This document shows positions 44,871 through 55,260 of a stretch of DNA of 64,000 nt, piece after piece. Origin of the DNA: Oikopleura dioica (lineage: Eukaryota; Animalia; Chordata); assembly GCA_907165135.1 (NCBI GenBank), contig OU015570.1, positions 2,067,929-2,131,928 on the forward strand. The letters are read 5' to 3'. How positions within the stretch are numbered: the first letter of the stretch is position 1; every line of letters starts with the position of its first letter. The notes beneath the pieces are model-generated. The model ran no database searches. It saw only the letters and a program-made list of their open reading frames with translations, and was not told the origin of the DNA. A program made the translations under genes and the position numbers.

Positions 44871-45436
44871 ACTTTAAAACCTAGCAATCGCCCTTACCCC
44901 GACCCGAAGACCTCTCCTAAAGGCGTGTCTACCGGATAGCCCCTCTAAGAGCGAGCTCCCGATCCTTACACACAGCCCTGGAGGTAAGCCTTTCTCCAGC
45001 AAAAGAGCTTGCGACCCGTTAACGAAATTTACCTCACTCAGAGCGTAACGAGCGTACATTCGGAAAGTGGTCCGCCCCAGCCGAAACATCCTTCAAGCAG
45101 ACCCTGCCGGGCCCTAGGGATCACATGGCCGTCTCATCGTGGTGGTAAACCCGTATCCCCTTTAGTTTTTGGACTAACCTGGTTTTGGCGGCTTCTATTG
45201 TGGAGCTTGAAAATCGCGAAAATTCCTTTTTGCTGTGTCTTCTATCTCGGGATCGGCGATAATGGCGCAGATTTCGGATTTCCAAATCGTAATTACCCAT
45301 ATTCGTTGTGCATTCAGCCATGACTGCAGATATTTGTAGAATCAGGTGCTATTTTTGTTGACAGCTATGATTGATCAGGAATCGTACCAACGGTCATCAA
45401 TCATGATCGGAGCAGCAGGCGGGCAGGTTCGTAAAT

Positions 45437-45449
45437 ACTTCTGACACCA
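45437..45449 (-). other. Primer binding site, tRNA-Leu-like
   Basis: Minus strand TGGTGTCAGAAGT, 1 nt inside the 5' LTR boundary. Confidence 0.8.
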
Positions 45450-45450
45450 A

Positions 45451-45788
45451 TGTTGTAATATGCTTCCTCATTTATGACTTCTATGTACTAAGCTAAGTTC
45501 CTGCTAAGTAAGCATACTACTTTTGTATTGACGGTAATTCGGTGTTTATTTGTGATTCTGGGGCAAGGCCAGAATGAGGAAAATGGGCATGGTCAGGCAC
45601 TTTTATAGGAGCGCTCGCTCACAAGTCTCACTTCGAGTTCGACTTTATTTCTGAGCTGCAGTTCCGAGTTGAGTGATGAGCTCGCGCTTCGCAGTTGGTG
45701 CTCGCGCTCGCCCCTCAGCTTCGGATTCTGTGAGCTTGGCTCGAGACTCAACTTTCGTTTTTGTAATCATAAGTTATGGACCATAACA
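45451..45788 (-). repeat. 5' LTR (338 bp)
   Basis: Direct repeat of 22020-22357. Confidence 0.95.
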
Positions 45789-46516
45789 CTAGTAACTGGT
45801 TTATGATTGTACTTCGAAATGGAGAGTGGCGCGCGCAGCCAATTAGAGCGAGGGGAAAATCTCACTCAGCCCATCGCTCATCCTATTTTACACGAGAAAT
45901 TTTGTCGACAGCTTGGACGAAATCTAACTAGGATTCTCCCTCGCTCTAATTGGCTGCACGCGCCACTCTCCATTTCGAAGTACAATCATAAACCAGTTAC
46001 TAGAAGCCGTAACTTTTAATATTTTTACAAAATCCTCCGCTAGATTGGAGATAAGGCTTCAATCTTTCATATCATCAATCCAGATTTACCTTTTTAATGG
46101 GAATTTTTAGAGAACAATGGTCTGTTTTATTTTGAAGTCGATTTTTAGGTATAAACACTATAGAAAGTACTAAAAATAAGGGAATTTTCGAAATCTACGC
46201 TAGATTTTAGGTAGGGTTCCTTTGAAAAATGAAAAATTCGTAACAGGGATTCGGCGCTACGAAAGTTCAATATTCAAGGCTATATCCTTAAAATCTGAAA
46301 AATGTCCGGAAATATGGACTCCGGAAATTTGGAAACCAACTGTACATCCGGTTCTAGAGATAATGAGATTTTTGGAAATATTCAATTTTTTGCAAATTTT
46401 TCTCAAGAAGCGACGTATAAATTTTATTTCGCACTATCTATGTCTCTTTTCTTTCTTTGAATACAACGGATCTAGTTTGACTTCAAAAATTATAATTATT
46501 AGTTATTTTCCTGTTA

Positions 46517-46840
46517 CAGTCAGGGCTTGCAATTTCTGGCCTTGCAATTACACGGTTTTTGGCGGAAATCCCAAAATTTTTTGCATTTTCAAAAACAAGG
46601 CATTTTAATATTTATCCACGTAGATGAACTAACTATTGAATATTTAAAGAATATATTCTCTTCTAGAGCCTAAAAATAACAGCATGGTAAAATTGAAGCA
46701 ACCAAATTTACTTTTTTGAACGAAAAACCCCATAAGTTTTGTTAAATTGCAATTTGGCCTTAAGATTTCGAGGCTCGCAATTACACGGTTTTCGGCAAAA
46801 ATCCCGAAATAAAAAACAGTGAAATTGCAAGCCCTGACTG
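46517..46840. mobile_element. Tc1/mariner-type MITE (TA TSD), copy 1
   Basis: ta|cagtcagggcttgcaattt ... aaattgcaagccctgactg|ta; near-identical inverted copy at 56346-56670. Confidence 0.92.
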
Positions 46841-46851
46841 TAGTATGTAGT

Positions 46852-47474
46852 CAGGGGTCTAAATTCGCAGTGCGAATTCGCATTATTGCGAAGCGATGCG
46901 AAGGCAAAAATAGTTGTAAAGAATGCGAAATTTAGGAATTCTCTTCGGCGCGAGCTTGAGCAACTGCCCGAATTGCCTAATTGCCCGAAAGTGCCTAAAT
47001 GCCCAAAATACCTGCTCTTTCCCGGCCAAATTTTAGGGGCTGAGCCGTCCCGATGCCCGGCCGAATACATTTTGTCCGAACATGGCCCGTTTTGCCTGAC
47101 TGCCCGATGCCCGAATGGTCACCTCTGTTATCAAGTTTATTACTACCTTGGAATATTTAAGAGTTAGGCCCACCATTCGGCTTATATTGATGAGCTGGAA
47201 AAAGTACAGCAACAGATTTTTGTAATTTTCTGTCCCAAAAATAGGTTTTTAAATCATGTTCGCTTTTGGGTGGCTGATTGCTAGAGATTCATGCCAGAGA
47301 ATGCGTTTCAATTCAAGCGAAAAATTTTTGCAATTTTTCTTCGCAATTTTCAATGATTTTTCGCTTCGCTTTCGCTTCGCAGATGGGCTAAAAATTCGCT
47401 TCGCAAAAATTTGAAAAAACGTTCGCTTTCGCTTCGCTTTCGCACTAGGATTTCGGCTGATATTTAGACCCCTG
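46852..47474. mobile_element. MITE with caggggtctaaat TIRs and ttcgc subterminal repeats
   Basis: Flanked by the 7-bp direct repeat atgtagt (46845-46851, 47475-47481); contains a fragment of another element. Confidence 0.8.
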
Positions 47475-48285
47475 ATGTAGTAGCAACGTCTTACTACATT
47501 TCCAACTCTGACAGGGACCGGAGTCAAAGTGACGAAAAATGAGATTTTAGCAGAGGTATAGCGAAAATAAAAAAGATAAATGAATCAGAAAGGTGTGCTG
47601 CAAAAGGCGTAAAATGCATACAGTTATTTTCCTCTTTTATGGACATTTTTCTCCCAACTTTTCATAAAAATGTCCACAAAAGTGGGCAAGAGTCTTCAAA
47701 AAATGTCCCGCCGTAGAGCCTTCTGAAGGGATCCTAGCTTCTGCTGAATCTCCCACTTCTAGCGTAGTTTGCCTGCTCTCTATATCTGGACGAGTGAAGA
47801 AAACGAGTAAAGTATCTTTGACGTCTGTATTTCGAGCTGGAGTAAAATAGAGGTTAATTCACGAACTGCGTGAATTACCGAATGGAGAGAAATACACGGC
47901 GGCGACCGAGCAAAGCTCGATCTAGATAAGCAAGTGACCTTAGGGGACGAGGGAGTCTAACGAATCTAAGATCCCAATACCCCCATGAGACTGAAACGTC
48001 CTCTAAGGCCAAAGTGTGTGATTTTTGCAGGAGTATAAGCGTAAGATGAGTAACATGGCAGGTTCGAAACGTCGAGGCAGTCTGATTCGCGTTAAAAACC
48101 CTTTTTGGGAAAAAGCTTGAATCAGATGCGAAGTTTTCGTGATGTCCGAGCGGTGATGACATGAAGGAGTAGCTGCACATGTAGAAGAACTCAAAATACG
48201 TCGGCGACGGTAAACTGTGATAATTTCCGTACCTTTTCAGGCCCCGGTCGATGAATAGGGGACCTGAGTGGGGCAGTACTTGCGC

Positions 48286-49104
48286 TTAGTCGTATGACTG
48301 ACCCGAGTTTGTGCCGATGTTTAGAGGTTCGACGGGCCTCGTTTCACGGTGTGCTCGTTTTGTATGTTTCGGGAGATGAGCTGCTCCAACTTCGGTTAAA
48401 GTCGCATTCGGATCGGCGCCGGCTGAGTATTGACGATCTGGTGAAGACTTTGGACGGGTTCTTTTCTTGCTGTTTTCAGTTGCTGAGCCCTCAACTACTG
48501 TTGAATTATGTTTATCGACTGACATATGGCTATTGTCGGGCGCAGCAACCTCCGAAATCACTGTAGCATCAGCTGACATGTCCTCGGCAGTTTCATAAAG
48601 AGTACCACCAGAGTACCAGCGATCTGACGGCTCGGCTGGAGCTACCGACGAGTCCAAAATAGATGTAGCGGTTGTATCTCCCAGATTTTCCATGTCCAAT
48701 CGGCGTCTACTTTCCAAAATAGGTGATAGAGATGATCTTGGCGGTTTTTCCATAGCAACCATCGGAGTCGACGCGACCTGAGAAGATTTCCTCCCCCCAT
48801 GCGACTTCGACCCGGACTTTTCCATCGGTTTGGAAGTAGGAACAGGCGATTTTTGTGGGACTTTCGACTTAACGATTTCGGTTAAATGTGGGAATACGTA
48901 CTCGGCCTCGTAGTAATCAATCCAGCGTAAGTCGTGATTTCGTTCTGCGGCGTGAACCACGTGTTCTCGATGGATGAAATCACGTTGTCCTTTTTTATCT
49001 TCGACCATGACGACCCAGTCGTTGCTCGAAACGGCTTTCAGGGGACCTACCCAGCGTTCCTTCTTGCTTTTAGCGTCGGTCAGGTTTTCTCGCTTAATGT
49101 ACAC
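48286..49104 (-). CDS. Integrase C-terminal part (GPY/F-like), out of frame with the main ORF
   Basis: RWVGPLKAV...VMVED...IHREHV overlaps the end of gag-pol in another frame. Confidence 0.75.
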   Translation of the reverse strand: MYIKRENLTDAKSKKERWVGPLKAVSSNDWVVMVEDKKGQRDFIHREHVVHAAERNHDLRWIDYYEAEYVFPHLTEIVKSKVPQKSPVPTSKPMEKSGSKSHGGRKSSQVASTPMVAMEKPPRSSLSPILESRRRLDMENLGDTTATSILDSSVAPAEPSDRWYSGGTLYETAEDMSADATVISEVAAPDNSHMSVDKHNSTVVEGSATENSKKRTRPKSSPDRQYSAGADPNATLTEVGAAHLPKHTKRAHRETRPVEPLNIGTNSGQSYD

Positions 49105-52100
49105 GACAGCGCCAGCGGGATTGGTCTCGGCTTAGGCTCGTTTTTCAGCCTGTGCTCCATGGCTCGGTCAGCAGCTTCCATCGCAGTTTTCACAATGGCT
49201 TCCGCCGATTTCGCTAAAGCTCCCACATTGAGACCAAACACCTGAGGTGTTTCCGCTGTCATTTCTGCGCCAGTAGAGTGGGTGAAAGTACTTTTTCGGC
49301 CAAACCAAACTTCTCGCGGTGAAATTTTCGTGCTTTTGTTTTTCACACTATTGAGCGCGCGCATCACGTGGGGAACGCAGTCGGCCCAAGTTTTTCGACC
49401 GGAAGATGAGTTGACCATGCAGAATAGACTGTTTTTGATAGTCCGATTCGCTCTTTCTGCGAAAGCGTTTGATTGAGGGTGAAATGCGGTACTTATTGTA
49501 TGTTTTATCTGGTTAAGCTTACACATTTCGTCAATCACGCTTGCGCAGAAGTGGGTACCTCTGTCACTGTGTAGATGTTTCGGCAAGAAATCCATGGGAA
49601 GGAAGACCTTGTAGATGAGCGCTTTTGCAGCGCAGATAGCAGTGTCGGACCGCGTCGGAATGCACCAAGTGTAGCGAGAGAAAGTGTCCGCCACCACCAA
49701 ATAATACTTGAATCCGCCAGCGGGAGGCATACAAGCGAAATCGATCTGAATCGATTCGCCAGCTGTTTTTCCACGACGAAGGGTTCCAAGTGGCGGTTTG
49801 GTACGAGTTCCAGCAGATCCTTTTCTGCGTAGGCAAGGGACGCAGCTGTGGACGTAGTTAGAAACATCGTCTTGAAATGAAGGCCACCAAACGTCCTCTA
49901 ATCGCTCTAAAGTCCGCGGCTCGCCCAGATGACCGGACAAGTCGTGAGCTAGAAAGAGAAAGTGACTTTTTACCGCTTCCGGTACCACCGCCCGCGCGCC
50001 AGATTTGAATTGACACATCAAGCACCCGGTAGTGTTATCCAGGAACAGAGCTTTTTCCATCTTGAGTAGAGACGATTGTCGGTGGTCGGAGTCCTTCACC
50101 AGCGATTTTATGTCCAGTGGCTCCTTACCAGATTCCAGAAAAGTGATGATTGCACTCAGAGCAGAGTCCTCCCTTTGATAGTCCAGAATGTTATTATAAT
50201 TCGCTGACACCAACGGAATCTCCATTGGCGCCGCGATAGCCTTGACGTTTACCTTATGTATCTTCACCTCTGATAAAGTGATTTTCTCCGGAAACTGATT
50301 TTCGTTCCAGAAAGGGACGAAGACACGTACTGGTGAATTCTTGTCGATTTCGTACTCGCGACCAACGGGAAACTCAGAGTCGTATCCAAGTGATTTGTCG
50401 TCCTCGCCAGGTCTGCGGCTCATAAAGTCGGCGAATTGATTTTCTGATCCCTTGATGTAGACAATGTGAAAATCGAATTCTTCCAATCGGCTTTGCCATC
50501 GGCTTATTTTAGAATTCTTGAACTTCTTTTTGTGTAGGAAGATCAAAGATCGGTGGTCTGTGTGAATCTGAAAGAATCTACCTTTCAGGAGCTTTTCCAG
50601 TCGCTCGCAGCACCAGACAATGCTAAACATTTCCTTTTCTGAAGTGTTCCATTTTCTTTCAGCTTTGTTGAAGGTGTGGGAAATCGCGCTTACTAGGTGC
50701 ACTCTCCCGCCATACTCTTGTAGCAGGACGCCACCCGCTGCGTACAGGCTCGCGTCTGTGTAGAGATGAAAAGACTCGTCAAAGTTAGGAAAACTTATGA
50801 CTGGAGTCTCGGAGAGTCGTCGTTGAATTTCCTTGAGCGCCAAATCCGCTTCTTTGGTCCACTTGAAACAATTTGTTTCGTTCGCCGAATTTCGAACATC
50901 GTTTATGGGCTTCATTCTGCTCGAGAAGCAACCGGATGAAATAGCTTCGCCCATTTTCGTTTCTAGAAAACCTCGGATCCAATTCAATGACCCGATTAAT
51001 GAAGCTAACTCCTTTTGGGAGCGTGGGGGTTTCATCTGACGAAGAGCGGAGACTTGCGCAGGGTCCGGTTTGATTCCATCTTCGTTGATGATTCGGCCCA
51101 AAAAGTGAGCTTCGGATTGTAGGAAAGAGCACTTTTCGCCCTTGAGTTTAGCGTTAAACTTGCGGAGCGCGATGAATAGGTTTCGGAGAGTGTTGTAATA
51201 GCAGCTGAAAGTCTTCCCAAAACACACTATGTCATCGATATAAGAAAGCATCTTTTTCCTGGTGGGGCTTGAGTCGAGAATTGTGTTTACGACGCGCGAG
51301 AATATATTCCCCGAGCATCGATAACCGAATGGTAGTCTGCAGAAGGCGTAAGATTTCCCACCCCACTGGAAGGAAGTCTTGTACCTGTCGCTTTTCTTTA
51401 CAGGGCACTGCCAATATCCACTTCGTAGATCAACTGTGGCGAAAAACTTATTGCCCGGTCCAATGTTCGCAATCGTATCCTCCATGCTTGGGAGATGGTA
51501 AGGGTCGGATTTGTCGGAGAGGCATTTGTTCAGGCTGTTTTTGTAGTTGATGCAGAAGCGCATTTCCCCAGATTTCTTAGGAATAGGCAATACCGGGCTG
51601 TTAAACCCTTTCTGGTCTTTGATCTCTTCTATTATTTTCGTTTCGAGCAGTTCGGAGATGTGATCGCTGACCTGACCATGAAAAGCTTGCGGAATCGGGT
51701 GTTGACTGATGTTTCGACTCGTACCATCAGTCGGGATTTCGATCTCGAACGGGAATTCACCCATTTTTTGACCGTCGCAGCCGAATCTGTCGTCGAATTC
51801 CAAACACAGCTCGGCGACCACCTTCTTTTGCCCCGGGTCGGCGTTTGCTGGTAGGGTAATTCCGAGTTTTTGCTTCGCTAGCTGAATGGGGCACCTGGCT
51901 GCGTTCTTGTTAGGTGCGTCCAGCTTTGGGACTTTTGGTGGCGGTTGAGTGCGGGATCGATCGCTATCCTTGACCGCTGATCTAGTAGTCAAGTATTTCT
52001 TGATTTTGGTCCGCTTCACTCCGTCCAGCTTCACCACTTGAGTCTCAGTTTGTGTGAAGGCTTCGTTGTAGCAAAATGAGAGAGTACGATTCTTATTGTC

Positions 52101-53438
52101 GACTGTGAAGCTGTCCGTCATCGCATTCTCTAGTATATCGCGGCCCAGTAGACTTGGGTATTTACTGCCTGGCATAATGGTGAGATTCAGGGAGAATGCA
52201 GGGCCACCATTGAATGATAAGCGGCAGGGAAGGATACCCATCGGCTGCTCGGCGGGAATATTTGGGCTGAAACCGGTGACCTTGAAGGGACAGGGCTTCA
52301 GCATCTGGAGAAATTCGTCGGGAACGTAAGCAGCGGACAGACAGGAGGACTCGGCTCCGCTGTCGACTTCCATCGATACGTCAAAACTTTTAGAGCCCGT
52401 AATGATGGTAGCCGAAGCGAAATAAGCCTTTCCTGGTCGCTTCTTCTTCACTGTGTAAAAGTGAACGTCGAATGGTTGGAAATCTTCAACGTTCTTAGTC
52501 GTATTTATCTTCTTGGATTCTGGTTGTTTATCGTCTTTCCCATCCTTAGAATCGTTGCTGGCGCGCTTAGCATTCTTCTTCTTTTTGTTCTTATTTCTGT
52601 TGAAGTGCTGGGAGACGGTCGCGCTGTCAACTCGATTCTGTCTTGTGGATTGGGCGAGACGGCAGAGTTCGTTGATATCGTAAACTTTTGATAGGCTTGG
52701 AAGGATTGCGTTGAAAACGTCTGGTTCTTCTTTCCTAAGATTCAAGTACAGCATCATCGTCGAGAATATGTCAAATATTTCATCGACCCCGGCGTCGGCT
52801 GACTTCTCTTGTCGGTAAGAGTTCAAAGTCGCTTGCTTCGCCTCGTTCATCTTTTGCAAGACGTTGGCGGTGTAGTGTGCAAACGGCTTCGAATGGTCGT
52901 ATTCGACGTCGAAAACTTCGCTTAGCTTCAGTAAGTAGTGACTCTTCGCGGCGAATGATTTCTCTAGCAGCGCCTTGGCCGATTTCCAGTCTTGACAATT
53001 CAGAAATTCGGTTCCAAGTGAGCGTTCGATGTTCAAGTCGAAGTGGCTGTACACTGCTGCGATGAAAGGCTGTTCACGTGAAGGTCTGTCGCGGACGTAG
53101 GCGCGGTGATAAATGTCGGCTCTGCCCAAGAAGGTGTTGAAAGATGTGTTGCATGCGGCGTCCAGCTTCGGCAAGTCTTGGACGTGACGAGACCAGGTAG
53201 TGGCCACCCATGCTTCTTCTCTCATTGTCGCATTCGTAGAGTCTTTTCCTTGATCGAGCTCGCAGGTAAGAAGCGTTGTACTGAGCTGTTCTAATTTTAC
53301 TCTGCTTTCTGTGATCAAGGGCTCTAGGCTTGGCTTTAGTGATTCGTCATTTCGCACTTGTTCTTCGAGGTAGTTTACTCGATCGTTTATGCTTCTTATT
53401 TCGGTGACGGTTTCTAGCAGTGATTTGTTCGCCGCCAT
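49080..53438 (-). CDS. pol: Gag-Pol polyprotein (1452 aa)
   Basis: PR VDSGA; RT LPFG/YIDD; RNase H YTDAS/TDHRSL; IN H-H-C-C, IQIDF, SDRG, AERANR. Confidence 0.97.
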   Translation of the reverse strand: MAANKSLLETVTEIRSINDRVNYLEEQVRNDESLKPSLEPLITESRVKLEQLSTTLLTCELDQGKDSTNATMREEAWVATTWSRHVQDLPKLDAACNTSFNTFLGRADIYHRAYVRDRPSREQPFIAAVYSHFDLNIERSLGTEFLNCQDWKSAKALLEKSFAAKSHYLLKLSEVFDVEYDHSKPFAHYTANVLQKMNEAKQATLNSYRQEKSADAGVDEIFDIFSTMMLYLNLRKEEPDVFNAILPSLSKVYDINELCRLAQSTRQNRVDSATVSQHFNRNKNKKKKNAKRASNDSKDGKDDKQPESKKINTTKNVEDFQPFDVHFYTVKKKRPGKAYFASATIITGSKSFDVSMEVDSGAESSCLSAAYVPDEFLQMLKPCPFKVTGFSPNIPAEQPMGILPCRLSFNGGPAFSLNLTIMPGSKYPSLLGRDILENAMTDSFTVDNKNRTLSFCYNEAFTQTETQVVKLDGVKRTKIKKYLTTRSAVKDSDRSRTQPPPKVPKLDAPNKNAARCPIQLAKQKLGITLPANADPGQKKVVAELCLEFDDRFGCDGQKMGEFPFEIEIPTDGTSRNISQHPIPQAFHGQVSDHISELLETKIIEEIKDQKGFNSPVLPIPKKSGEMRFCINYKNSLNKCLSDKSDPYHLPSMEDTIANIGPGNKFFATVDLRSGYWQCPVKKSDRYKTSFQWGGKSYAFCRLPFGYRCSGNIFSRVVNTILDSSPTRKKMLSYIDDIVCFGKTFSCYYNTLRNLFIALRKFNAKLKGEKCSFLQSEAHFLGRIINEDGIKPDPAQVSALRQMKPPRSQKELASLIGSLNWIRGFLETKMGEAISSGCFSSRMKPINDVRNSANETNCFKWTKEADLALKEIQRRLSETPVISFPNFDESFHLYTDASLYAAGGVLLQEYGGRVHLVSAISHTFNKAERKWNTSEKEMFSIVWCCERLEKLLKGRFFQIHTDHRSLIFLHKKKFKNSKISRWQSRLEEFDFHIVYIKGSENQFADFMSRRPGEDDKSLGYDSEFPVGREYEIDKNSPVRVFVPFWNENQFPEKITLSEVKIHKVNVKAIAAPMEIPLVSANYNNILDYQREDSALSAIITFLESGKEPLDIKSLVKDSDHRQSSLLKMEKALFLDNTTGCLMCQFKSGARAVVPEAVKSHFLFLAHDLSGHLGEPRTLERLEDVWWPSFQDDVSNYVHSCVPCLRRKGSAGTRTKPPLGTLRRGKTAGESIQIDFACMPPAGGFKYYLVVADTFSRYTWCIPTRSDTAICAAKALIYKVFLPMDFLPKHLHSDRGTHFCASVIDEMCKLNQIKHTISTAFHPQSNAFAERANRTIKNSLFCMVNSSSGRKTWADCVPHVMRALNSVKNKSTKISPREVWFGRKSTFTHSTGAEMTAETPQVFGLNVGALAKSAEAIVKTAMEAADRAMEHRLKNEPKPRPIPLALSCTLSEKT

Positions 53439-55260
53439 AGCTCGAAATATATCGGCAGTAAGGGTTTATGGGCCTTGGATTACCTTTCAGGCCCTCAGAA
53501 AATACTGCGACTAAAAGTCGCAATATGATGAGCTGAGGTGCCTTTTGCGCAAACGCCCGACGATTTCTCTGTCCAGCGATTGTCGAAATTTCAAGGTCTG
53601 GTCCAAGGGTCGATTCTTCGTAAACTTCTCTCGATTTTTGGTGAAAAGTGGCGAAAGAATTATGTTTTTCTCAGTATTTTAGGTTTTCCCCGGCGTGCGT
53701 GCGTGGTTGCGTGGGCGCGACTTTCGGCGCGTGGGTCGTGGTGGCGCTCGTGTGGTGGCGCTCGCTCGGGGTGGTGTTGGTGTGGTGCGGCGCGGAAAAT
53801 TCTCTGAGTGGAGTTTCTCCGGCGGCGCGGTGGCGGTTGGTGATTCGGTTCCCCTCGACTCCGCTGACGGCCAATCAGCGTCCAAGTTGCGAAACTTCGG
53901 TTGTCGATGGCGGAAAATTTACCTTTTCTCCAACGGGACTACTCTGATACCACTGAAGGGATCCTAGCTTCTGCTGAATCTCCCACTTCTAGCGTAGTTT
54001 GCCTGCTCTCTATATCTGGACGAGTGAAGAAAACGAGTAAAGTATCTTTGACGTCTGTATTTCGAGCTGGAGTAAAATAGAGGTTAATTCACGAACTGCG
54101 TGAATTACCGAATGGAGAGAAATACACGGCGGCGACCGAGCAAAGCTCGATCTAGATAAGCAAGTGACCTTAGGGGACGAGGGAGTCTAACGAATCTAAG
54201 ATCCCAATACTTCGATAAATTTTTCTTCGAAAAATGGAAAATTTTATCATCAAAACGACTTTTTCTGCCTTTTTAACATTTTTAGTCAATATCACGGTTA
54301 AGGCCATTCATTTTTTATAAAAACATCCTTATTTTTTAAAAACACCCTGTTAATTCCTCACAAATTTTCTTAGCTGGACAAATGTCAACAAAAGTGGAAC
54401 ATTATCCTTGCAAATATGTCCCACAAAAACCCTATAAAATGAAGAAAATGTCCACAAAATTGGGGTCCACAAAAGAGGAAAAAACTGTATTTAAAATATA
54501 TACTATAAAAATATAAAATAAATATAAAAATTTCTAAAGTCGTGCCAATTCTTACGAGTATAATCAAGCTGTCGAGTGACCCGATCGGTCCGCCGATTGG
54601 TCTCGTTTTCGTATGAATGCCTGATAAAACTACCCGATTCTCAGAATAAACATAAGGTTTTTGAAATAAAAATGGAATTTGTGCCACAAAAATAATCTCT
54701 GCATGTAAAATATCGGCTTTGCAAAAGCGTCCTCTTTAAACCTTTTAGTATCAAGAAAATAATTACGAAATTTGGGTTAACATAAGAGATAATAACTGTA
54801 GGTGGAGGAATTTTCGAATACACCTACTGTCTGTAGAACGCGTGTATAAAGAAAGAGAATATCGGAAGGACAAGAGAATTGAATACATAAACGCAAGGGC
54901 ACAGCGCGAAGAACATGTGTGTTTGTTGTCAGATGGGAGCAGGGATGTAAATCACCACAGCCACCCCACCACTGTGGTGGGGTGATTTTTCACCATCCCC
55001 TTTTTTCCGTGGTGGTGGTGGGGTGATTTTTCACCATCACCTTTTCTCAGTGGTGGTGGTGTGGTGATTTTTCACCAACACCTTTTTTTAGTGGTGGTGG
55101 TGGGGTGATTTTTTACCAACACCTTTTTTAAGTGGTGGTGGTGGGGTGATTTTTCACCATTTTTTTTTTCGAAAAGTGGTGGTGGGATGATTTTTCACAA
55201 TGGCAATTTACATTTAAATATTATTTATTAAGATTAATAGATATAACTTGCGACAAAAAA

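Larger units (their letters stand above)
22020..45788 (-). mobile_element. Non-autonomous LTR retroelement (~9.4 kb own sequence plus a 14.4 kb nested DNA transposon)
   Basis: Two 338-bp LTRs (TGTT...AACA), 4-bp TSD CTAG (22016-22019, 45789-45792), PBS and PPT on the minus strand; gag-like ORF present; no PR/RT/IN motifs found. Confidence 0.92.
21731..46287. mobile_element. Near-palindromic MITE (~0.8 kb, TTAA TSD, Kolobok-like GG termini) split by the LTR element
   Basis: ttaa|ggatatagcc at 21731 and ggctatatcc|ttaa at 46287; 21731-22019 is the reverse complement of ~45999-46287; inner arms at 45789-45860 and ~45932-46003. Confidence 0.9.
47724..54209 (-). mobile_element. Ty3/Gypsy LTR retrotransposon, near-intact, no env
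   Basis: 256-bp LTRs at 47724-47979 and 53954-54209; TSD CTTC; PBS TGGTATCAGAGT (53941-53952, minus); GGGGG before the 3' LTR; PR-RT-RH-IN order. Confidence 0.96.
47621..54487. mobile_element. TA-flanked MITE split by the Gypsy element
   Basis: ta|cagttattttcctctttt at 47621 and aaaagaggaaaaaactg|ta at 54487; shared tgtccaca repeats on both sides of the LTR element. Confidence 0.7.
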
